Assembly (NCBI RefSeq): GCF_009914755.1
Contig: NC_060944.1
Length of the DNA: 64,000 bases
Reading direction: 5' to 3' (one strand)
DNA from: the human T2T-CHM13v2.0 reference genome, Homo sapiens
The notes under the pieces were generated by a model that saw only the letters and a list, made by a program, of their open reading frames with translations, was not told where the DNA came from and did not search any database. A program made the position numbers and the translations under genes. Below are positions 53,990 through 64,000 of this stretch, one piece after another (the first letter of the stretch is position 1; the number at the start of each line of letters is the position of its first letter).

Positions 53990-54004
53990 GTTGCTCATGG
54001 TAAC
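53990..54004. promoter_or_regulatory. RFX X-box-like motif
   Basis: GTTGCT-CAT-GGTAAC matches the RFX inverted half-site consensus. Function untested. Confidence 0.35.
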
Positions 54005-55146
54005 GAGGTTAAGCATCTGCCACTTCATGTTCCCTTTCTTCCTCAGTAGTTATAACAAAGTAGAAAAATCAGAGAGGCAAATCTCAGCCTCTCACCCCTT
54101 TTGTGAGTCTCCTGGTTTCTCTGATGATTCTGCAATAATTAGCAAGAGCTGGATGCATGCTTCTAAATCTCATCTATCTGGTGACCCAAGAGATGGATCC
54201 CACCACATCCCTAGCCATCTAGAAAGAAACTCACCAGGCTCTCCTTCCTGGCCTGTCTGAAGACACAGCCCCTGTTCCTCGGGAGGGCTCTGTGATGTCG
54301 ATTTATGTAGCAGCAGCTGTCACAGCTCACTTCAGCAGAAAGGATTGAACTGTCCTGAATATGTCAATCAGATATCAAAGATAAATGAAGTTTGAAAAAA
54401 TAAAATGTACAATTTATTTTTAAAAAATAGTCTTTGGGAGACACCCAGAATGCACTTTGAAAAATCTAAGGGAAATGTGTCATGAAAACAAATCCACATT
54501 CTGCTGTCCAACTTTAATTTTTCACTGATAACACTCGAGCAGGCTGCAGCCCAGCCGATAAATAAAGATGCTCCACCTTAATGTTCTCCAATTGCCATCT
54601 GCTGTGATGGAGGGCCTTTCCCAAAGATGCACTTGCCCCTTGCACTTCAGCTCTGACCACCTCCCCCTCCAGGTCCTCTGGATGTTAACGAGCAGGCACA
54701 GTCTTCAGGACTTTCCCCCAAGGACATCCTATGCCTGCTGCTCCAGGAATGCATTTGCCAAGGAATCCGCTAAGCTGCCTTGGCATTGCGTGCTGGTTGG
54801 GCTTGGTGATGTTTGGGGTTTTAATTCACTTTACTAAAATTGCCTTTCATTCACTTGGTGACAGGTAGTTATTTGTTTTCAGGATTCCATTTGACATTTA
54901 TTGTTAGCGCAAAACACTAATAATAATAATTAGCGCCTTTTTAGAGTTGTCTGGGGTTTTCATGCCATTGCATTGTTACTATAAAACATCCTGAGGCTTT
55001 TCTGTGTATAAGATAGTATGATGGTATTTAAATGTAACAAAGGGGTTTATTATACTCAGGCCAGATTGCAGTATCTCTGAGCCCCCCTCCCTGTGAGCAA
55101 GCCAAGACTTCATATCCTCCCAACTTGTCTGCAATGCTAATACCTA

Positions 55147-55217
55147 TTTTTTTTTTGAGATGGAGTCTCCCTCTGTCACTTCACAACATGGCAAAACCCT
55201 GTCTCTACTAAAAATAC
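55147..55217. mobile_element. Two short Alu stubs fused head-to-head
   Basis: Minus-strand Alu 3' end (55147-55179) joined to the plus-strand left-arm end caacatggcaaaaccctgtctctactaaaaatac (55184-55217). Confidence 0.85.
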
Positions 55218-55330
55218 TATAAACATATATAATATATACACACACATATGTATGTATATACTATATACACGTATATGTATACATATACATGTATATACTG
55301 TATACACACACACACATATATGTGCATACT
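55218..55330. repeat. TA/CA/TG low-complexity tract
   Basis: Direct observation. Confidence 0.85.
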
Positions 55331-55417
55331 GTATTTTATTTTTTATAGGAGGGAAACCTCAGCATGGTTTGACTTTTTTCTTAGAAACAAGCAATCCAAT
55401 CTAGGATTTATGCTCTA

Positions 55418-55630
55418 AACTATGCCGTCACATACAGTAGCCACTGGTCAATTGTAACTATTTACATTTAATGTAATTGAAATTAAATACAGTATTCGAT
55501 TCCTCTGTTGCACTAGCTTCTTTGCAAGTGTTCAATAGCCACAAGTGGTGCAGGGCTACCACACTGAACAGTGCAGCTGCAGACCACATCCAGTGTTGCA
55601 GAAAAGAAAGTCCTACTGAATGGCACTGCT
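55418..55630 (-). mobile_element. MER3
   Basis: gttgcactagc...caagtgttcaatagccaca...aaagtcctactgaatggcactgctctaga. Confidence 0.75.
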
Positions 55631-55635
55631 CTAGA

Positions 55636-55780
55636 ACCTGGATTCTAGAAATGTGGCCCAAAGACCAGCAGCACTGGCATGAGGTGCAGTTTTGTTCAGA
55701 AACACAGTCTCTAGTTCCCCACCCCCAGACCTAGTAACAAGCTCCCCAAGTAATGCATTTGCACACTTATGTTTGAAATA
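55636..55780. mobile_element. MER5-like MITE
   Basis: tgtggcccaaagaccagcagca...ccccacccccagaccta...aacaagctccccaagtaat...tttgaaa. Confidence 0.65.
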
Positions 55781-56003
55781 GGAGTCAGAGAAGTTTCTGC
55801 AAAGAGCCCAGCAGTAAATGTTTTGGGCTTTGTGGGCCATACAGTCTCTGTTGCAACTACTCAACTCTGGCATTGTTGTGACAAAGCAGCTATAGACAAT
55901 ACCTAAGTGAATGTGCATGATTGTGTTCCAATACAGCTTTATTTAAAAAAACAAATGGCAGACCATATTTGTCCCACAGCCCAGCATTTTCTGAACCCTG
56001 CTC
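55781..56003 (+). mobile_element. MER58A
   Basis: ggctttgtgggccatacagtctctgttgcaactactcaactctg...tgtgttccaata. Confidence 0.8.
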
Positions 56004-56213
56004 CAGAACATTCTTTAAACGTCCCTGTAAATACTATGAGTATCATTTAATTCCCACTCTTGGATCTCGAAGACTAAGCATCTCTGATCAAGCATCTTGG
56101 TCTACGATCCTGGGAGAGATACTTTTCTGGAATGTCTCTGTTGGCTTGTGTCTCTGTCTCTTGTTTCTAAAGAAAACTGACCCATCTGGCCAACTAGAAG
56201 CTAATGATAAAAA

Positions 56214-56615
<402 letters not shown>

Positions 56616-57324
56616 TCAATATGAAAAGGAGGGCGTCAGGCTGCTTTTACTCTCTGCCACACATACCCCAGTTAAACAATATGTGAAGAGGTCCCTGAGC
56701 TTTGATGTAAGACTGGCAGGGTCAGTTCCAAGTTCTGATATGTGCTTTGCCCACCTGAGCAAGGGTTCAAGGAACCACGAAAGAGGTGGACAAGCGTTGA
56801 GGTCTGGCCCTGGCCCAGCCCAGGTTTGCATTCTACACAGAAAACATGGCCACATAAAAGAGAAAACATCTGTTAAGGTCCAAACTGACGCAGAAGGTGT
56901 GTGAGCCATGTGTGTGAGTACTTCTCCTAATCACAGCAAAGCGGCTCCCCTTGCACATGGGATGGAGGAAAGGCCAGGAGTTCCCTCTTGACTTTTCTGC
57001 AAGGCCCAGAGTTCCTTTCCCATGCATCAAGGTGAGAAGGCTGAAGAAGAGGAAACATCTCAGAGGATTATCTCAAAGCTCCCACTAGATTCAGGATCTC
57101 TGCCATGGATGTTTGATAAACTCTACTTGATGATGCTCAACTTGAATTCCATGAGCCAGGAACGTCTGAGTAGGAAAGAGATATGTGAATTCAAGGAAAA
57201 TGGCAATTTGTTCTTTCTGTTTCTGCCAAGTTCTGGATGAAAGATAAGTCTCCACTCTACCCTCTGCCAGGTTCCATGAAGGCTAAAATGGAGATGGAGC
57301 ACAGAGTATGTGTAGAGATAGGTT

Positions 57325-57555
57325 GGCCCTTTACAGTCAGACAATCAGAATTCCTGTGTTCAAATTCCAGATTGGCCACTTGTTAGCTCTGTGACTTTCA
57401 TCAATTCACACAATATCTCAAACCTCACTCTTCCCAACTGAAATACAAAATAAAAATACTACCCACCTTGGCATTATTGGGAGGAATAAATGAGACCATA
57501 GACACCAAGCTAGGTGCACAGCATAGCGCATAGCAAGTGCTCAGTAAACAGCTTC
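57325..57555 (+). mobile_element. MIR (a second, minus-strand MIR follows at ~57570-57710)
   Basis: gttcaaattccag...ccacttgttagctctgtgact...gaggaataaatgaga...gtgctcagtaaa. Confidence 0.75.
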
Positions 57556-58299
57556 TACAAGAATTATGTCATATATTCCTCAAACAACCACACACAGTAG
57601 GAATTAAATTCTCACTTTATAGATGATGAAACTGAGGCCTAGCATGGTGAAATAACCTAGATGAGAACACAGAGGTAATAAGGGGTGGTGCTTGGATCAG
57701 AATGCACACATTTCTGCAAGCTTCAATTATTTCTACTTAGCTGTGTCATTTATTCCAGAGAACCACTTAAAAGGTGTTTTTTTTAGGATACTTGGCTCCT
57801 TTTTTTTTTCTCCAGAAACACCCTACCTGTCCTTTAAAAAAATGATCGGATGCTAAGTCTGGAGACACCATGCTACCTCAAAGACCCAGTGCACAAACTG
57901 GCCCTGCTCCAGGGCTGTGAACAGCAACATGACAACCAAGGGTGCCCCTAAATCAGTTGGTGGGAAAATCCTGGCCTCCCAATCTAAGCAATAAAATCTT
58001 CTAATCCAAAGATCATCTTCTCTTCAAAATCACTCAGAAAATGTTGTCCACGCTACATGCTGTCCACAAATTCATCATTTTATCATTGCTTAAGACAACG
58101 AACAAGCCCAAATCTGCCGCTAAAAATTCTAAAACTAAGTCCTAGCATCACACGATTGCCCTAAATTAAAGAATAGAGTGAAAAGGAAGATATGTAACAA
58201 ATTTTAAAAGCGAATAACTCTTTGATCCAACAATTCAACTTTTAGAAATACCTTTTGGAAATAATCAGACAAGTATACAGTTACATGAACAAGACTGTC

Positions 58300-58651
58300 A
58301 GCTGGGTGTGGTGACTCACTCCTGTAATCCCAGAACTTTGGGAGACAGGAGGGAGAATTGCTTGAGCCCAGAAGTTTGAGACCAGCCTGGGCAACATAGT
58401 GAGATTCCATCTCTTAAAAATTTTGTCTTAATTAGCCAGGCATGGTGGAGTGCTCCTGTGGTCCCAGCTACTCTGGAGGATGAGGTGGGAAGGTCGCCTG
58501 GGAGCTGGAGGTGAGCCTGGGAGCTGACGGAGCTGAGGAGAGCCATGATCACACCATTGCACTCCTTCCTGGGCAACAGAGAGAGACCCTGTCTCAAAAA
58601 AAAAAAAAAAAAAAAAAAAGAAAGAAAGAAAGAAAAAGAAAGAAAGAAAAA
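58300..58651 (+). mobile_element. AluJ with A/GAAA tail
   Basis: ttgcttgagcccagaagtttgagaccagcctgggcaacatagtgaga is J-type. Confidence 0.88.
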
Positions 58652-58929
58652 AGGAATGTTCATTTCAGTGATCCTAATTGAAAACAATCTAAGTTATGCT
58701 CATTTGGGCATTGGAGAAATAAACAATAGAACAATCATTTATTAAATACCATCTGACCATGAAGAAGGTTGGGGAGATTCCTATTGCTGGATTGCCAACA
58801 ATCTACGAAATGAAAAAGGGGTGTTCATCGACTTCCCGCATCCAAAACATCATGACATGTGGCCAGCCACATCCCCTCAGCAACCCCTCGAGTGACCACG
58901 TGTCACGACGGCCATCATGCGTTTACCTC

Positions 58930-59560
58930 CACGTGGAAGCATCCCTCTCTCTTCCTCCTCTTTCTTGATTGCTCCTCTAGCAAAAAAGTCTTCACACAAC
59001 AACCAAACTGAGCCTGTAAAAACACAAACCAGAGCAGGATACATCCAAACCATTTCCTGTGGTCTGCGAAGCTCTATCTATGCTGGCCTCTGCCTGTCAC
59101 TTACAGTCATCTCGCCCTACACTCCACCCCGACACTGGCTGTCTTGCTGATCCTTGAAGCACCAATGTCATTTCTATCCTTCAGCCTTTCAGGGGCTGTT
59201 CCTCTGTAGGGGATTGGGGGTGGGGTGGGACTCATTTCCTAGCTCTAAAAAGCCCAACTGCTTCTTCTGTCTTAGTTTCTCTCCAAATGCCCCCTTCTGA
59301 GAGAGGCGTTTAGTGGTTAAAATCACCCGCCCACCATGCCACCATCATTTTCCATTCCATGAGCCATTTTTTTCCTTTATGACCATCTTACCATTCCTGT
59401 CTTTATCTTACATGTAAATCTATTTATGTGTTTACGCTTTGTCTTCTCTCCAGAATGTAAGCACCAGGAAGGTGCATGTTACAGATGTCTCTATTCCCAG
59501 TACCTGAAAAACCACCTGCCATAGAAACTCAATAAATAGTTTATTAAATAAACAAATAAA
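58930..59560 (+). mobile_element. L2 3' portion
   Basis: agaatgtaagcaccaggaagg...cccagtacctg...ctcaataaatagtttattaaat. Confidence 0.6.
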
Positions 59561-59947
59561 TTTGTAGGGTCACATACCCTTTATTAATAGTGAATATACA
59601 CAGGCAGGTAGAATTGTAGATGTCTTATTCTTTTGTTTTATGGTCTGCTTTTTTTCTGGTCTCGAAAGAGCAAAAGTTAATTTTGTAATTTTGAAAAGCA
59701 ATTTCTCTTATCTTAAATAAATAATAAATAAAGGAGCCAAAATAGAATATAACCCTTCAAGGAGCCAGTAAGAACCTCTCATAGCCCACTTTTCCAATGA
59801 CATCTCAATTGGTAATGGGTCTTTCTTTTCCTTTTGAGTCAATTTTGGACACCTTTCCTTGAAGCTATTGTTAGTTTAGAAAAAGACAAAAAAGTTAAGT
59901 TTAAAAGAGTCAGATGTATAGTTTCTTATGCTGGAGTTTACCAGAAA

Positions 59948-60237
59948 GACTTGGAAGGTAAACTCAGGCTTTTTGTTTTGCCAGGGTTGGGTTATATTAA
60001 CTTAAAAAAAAAAAAACTAAAACATCTTGGTCTTAAAGAAATGTCTTCTAGTATAGACTTCTTCTCTATTGAGCTGTTGTTTTAAGTCCCAAGGACTTGG
60101 AAGGTAAATTTATTCTCTTTATCTTGCCAGGGTTGGGCTATATTAACTGTAAAAAAGAAAAGAACTAAAAAATATTGGTCTTAAAGAAATGTCTTCTAGT
60201 ATAAACTCTTTCTCTATTAGGCTGTAGTTTTAAGTCC
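59948..60237. repeat. Diverged ~146-bp tandem duplication
   Basis: The copies start gacttggaaggtaaa at 59948 and 60094. Both contain ttgccagggttggg, ttggtcttaaagaaatgtcttctagtata and gttttaagtcc. Confidence 0.95.
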
Positions 60238-62752
60238 TGTTTAAATTTAAATCTCTGTTCATCTCCAAAATAATATTGACTGCAAGACAAAGGATGACTT
60301 TGGCATTTTCAAATATTTTTGAGTGTGTAAGTCCTTGCAGGAAGAAGATAGCTGATAGTCATCTGTACTTAAGAGGACCTAAAGGAGGCTCTTAAAAGAA
60401 TTCCAAAGCCCAAAAGTAAAAAATGATGACTTCATCCTGGCCATGCCCCTTAGGAGCAGCAATTTATCTGAGAACTTTGACCAAAAGTGAGAGACTCCTA
60501 TGTAAGCCTAGAGCAAGTGTTAACTAAACCTATAAAGCTAAGTCAGAATCTGTGACAGCAAAGGAAAATTCTATTACCTATATGACCATACCTTTTTTTT
60601 TCAAAAGCACACTAACTTGTAATGATTGGTGGCAAATGTTACATCTGTTTATTTTCAGAACAAGATGTCAATTTAGGAAAATGTTTTAAGCCAGCACTGG
60701 TGAATATCAGTCTCATGAAAGAGTATGATTCTATGGAATCATTTCACGTGGAAAATGCCCACTTTTATGCAAGCATCTGAAATCACCTTCTACATCCTTT
60801 TGAGGATTTTCCAGGAGAAAATATGTGTAATATTCCAATTGACATATTAGTGGAAGCATCGTAGACTTCATGGGCAACATGGAAAATATATATTTTTTAA
60901 CATATCTCAGAAAACTTTGCAGCACTAAAGTTAAGGAATGAATTCAAATGCTCCGAAAACATTCATTTATTTTCTTCTCAAGTTTCCTGAAACAAAGTGC
61001 TCAGATGAAATATTTGACTACATGAAACCATTTATTTTGGTAGCATTTCCACCATTAACCTTAGATCATCTCCTAAAGACAGCCAGGAAAGAAACAAATA
61101 AACACAGCTCATTCATCATGAAGCGTGATAATAGGACATTTTATGAACAGAGTGCTTTCTATTCAGAAAGAAACCATGTAATTTTAACAAGGTACACAGT
61201 GGGTATTATCCAGCCAAGTACAAAGCATTCACCTCAAAATATTTATTGATATTATTTATACTATAATTATCAAAAAAATAGGCTGAGACTTATGATTGAT
61301 CCAGAATAGATGGATGCTTGCCCAACCTTTACGATGATCCTTTGGCCCTGAAATTTACCAAAATGTAAGTGTAATTATTTAAATTAAGCAATTCCATAAG
61401 ACTTCAGTGAATACCCACTATGTTTCTAGGCAGTTCCAGGTAATTCAATTGATTTAAATATTAGACACTGTTTCTGCCATGTGATAGAGAATAGAAAACT
61501 TATTCCCCCTCCTCATGTCTCCATAAGGGAGTTTCTGTTCCTTGAAAGAGTATTAGAGTAAGGCTTCTTTCTATGCCCTCAATGATAACAATGCCTAAAT
61601 TGATGAAAGAGGTGTTGCATCTTCATAAGCCTGGCCTAGAATCCCTTCTTTATTCTAGGCCATCCAGCTCACATGGTGGATACATTCTCTTCTTTCTTTT
61701 GTTTTAATGTAGTTTTTGTTCTTGAGTGGGGCCCTAGGCCTTGGCAGCAAAAGTCCAATCTAGAAACTCTCTTGCCCCAGTATTGGTACTCAACAAGTGT
61801 GAAGCAGTCTTTTCTTTCAGATAGCTGGATGAGTGACCCTGAAGACCCCGTAAAATGTAGATTGTAATAGATTTGTTGAAAGGATAAAATGAACTAATAT
61901 AAGTAAAACATTTAGTTTACTATTGGGTAAGAGCCCCATTTTCCTACTCTATGTGGGTTCTGAGCTACGGACTGGGGAGGTATTGAGAATCCAGATTACC
62001 TTAGAACATAAGCTTCATGATGGCAGGAATTGTGTTGTTATCACCCCTAAAATTTCAAGAGCTAGAACAAGGCATGTCAAATAGCTGATGCTCAGAAATT
62101 TTATCAACTGAATAAATTATCTGTTGTTTCAGGACCAGGCCAAATTCTTCTACTCACTTTGTCTTACCTCAATCTTCATATCTCTGAATCTATTGTCAGT
62201 TTCTTAATTGGTTGTGAGTTTGGTGGGAGATGGATGTGATTCATTGGCCCCCTTAAACAGCACCATTGTCAATAGGCCATGAACTGGCTGGAAAACAGAC
62301 TTTAATATGAAACAATAAGAGACTAGGAAGTGCCATATCATATTGATATTGACCATTAGTGCAATAGGGACTCAATCAGAAAAGAAATTAGTGAAAACTA
62401 TTGTGGTCCAGAACTTTGAGCTAAGCTTTAAGATAATGACAGATTTAGACATTCAGATAAGTAAGCATACCAGAAATTCACTGTCATTGGCTAAGGGAAG
62501 GGATCCCTTGTATCTTACTTCTTATTGTATCACAATGTCTAGCACATAGCTGACTCACTCAATAGTAGTTGAATGAATGGTATTGGATGCTAACGTCAAA
62601 TCAGCTAGCTGAATAGAAGGTAGTAGAAACACAATGTCTTTGGAGCATAACAGAGCTGCATTTGAATTCTAGCTTCACTATTTAATAACTTTATAACTTA
62701 GGACAAAGTGGACTTAATGCTCTTAGTCTCATGTTTCTGATCTGAGTTCAGC

Positions 62753-62799
<47 letters not shown>
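62753..62799. repeat. (CT)n microsatellite
   Basis: About 20 CT units. Confidence 0.95.
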
Positions 62800-62804
<5 letters not shown>

Positions 62805-62968
62805 CCTTTGCACCATGGGATAACACAGCAAGAAGGCCCTCTCCAGATGTTAGAACCTTGGTCTTTGACTTCTCAGCCTCCAGAACTGTGAGAGATAAAT
62901 TTCTGCTCATTATAAATTACTCAGTCTATTATGGTATTCTGTTTTAGCAGCACAAATGGACTAAGACA
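62805..62968 (+). mobile_element. MST-type MaLR LTR, 3' half
   Basis: cagcaagaaggccctc.ccagatg...cagcctccagaactgtgaga...gcagcacaaatggactaagaca. Confidence 0.8.
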
Positions 62969-63089
62969 GTATGTTACCCTGATTTCTGCTGGAAGTGCCA
63001 CTGGCTGACAGCTTCAGCTCTCAATGTAATCTGGGAAATGGCCTCAGTCAATGTACTATGCTACAACTGGCTCCTATTGTCTTGTAGGG

Positions 63090-63450
63090 GTCAATTGTGG
63101 CCATCTGTTTCCAATTCTGTGTTCAGTTGGCAGCCAGAAATCAGCCATGGTGGGAGTATTTATGCAAAAAGTCAGCATTTTTTTTCTGAAAGGGCCAGAT
63201 AGTAAAAATTTATGGCTTTGCAATATTATCTGTTGCAATTACTCAACTCCACCATTATAGCAACCATGGATAACATGTGAACAAATAGGTGTAGCTAACT
63301 TCCAATGAAACTTTATTTACAAAATCAGGTGGTAGACCAGCAGTCTGTGGCTTGTCAATGGTTTCTTTACATCATGAAAATTAGTAAACATTACAAATAA
63401 GTTTTTTTCACCTTCAGATTGACAGTTGTTAAACATTTACCAGTCCATCA
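63090..63450 (+). mobile_element. MER63-like element interrupted by MER58A (~63165-63360)
   Basis: gaaatcagccatggtgggagtattta [aaagggccagatagtaaa...actcaactc...aactttatttacaaaa] ...gttgttaaacatttaccag. Confidence 0.7.
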
Positions 63451-63549
63451 CAAGAAGTCAATTCGCCCAAGGTCACATTCCTTTTGCAAGGGCAAATTGA
63501 AACTAATGTCTGTTTAATGTGGAAACATGAGATTAAAAAGCAGACTCTT

Positions 63550-64000
<451 letters not shown>

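Noticed and set aside
53817-54260. Longest ORF in the track (147 aa, Arg/Glu/Gly-rich)
   Set aside because: It stays open because it crosses a stop-free GA-rich tract. There is no recognisable domain.
60938-61249. 103-aa ORF and the nearby acceptor-like site at ~60658
   Set aside because: There is no recognisable homology and no convincing matching donor. The length is compatible with chance.

Overview
This is primate, very probably human, genomic DNA: AT-rich, CpG-depleted and intronic or intergenic in character. I find no intact protein-coding gene, RNA gene or CRISPR-like array. Much of the window is interspersed repeats: Alu (J, S and Y), L1 of several ages, L2, MIR, L3/CR1, MaLR/ERVL solo LTRs (THE1, MLT1, MLT2, MST) and many hAT/Tigger MITEs. 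Two coding-derived fossils are recognisable. The first is a 5'-truncated processed pseudogene of ribosomal protein L36 (~39476-39746, +). The second is a highly diverged mariner (DD34D-type) transposase remnant on the minus strand (~24210-24630), which keeps one reading frame from the WVPH motif through the catalytic-domain N-half with a single stop. Notable rearrangement signatures are a twin-primed L1PA with a short extra 3' segment, a three-arm AluSp/AluY chimera, a head-to-head Alu stub junction, a fold-back AT-rich array at an L1MA end, and 146-bp and 23-bp tandem duplications. Two candidate exons and a few motif clusters are flagged at low confidence. Repeat subfamily names come from recalled consensus sequences and need RepeatMasker/Dfam confirmation. 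Boundaries of old repeats are approximate.
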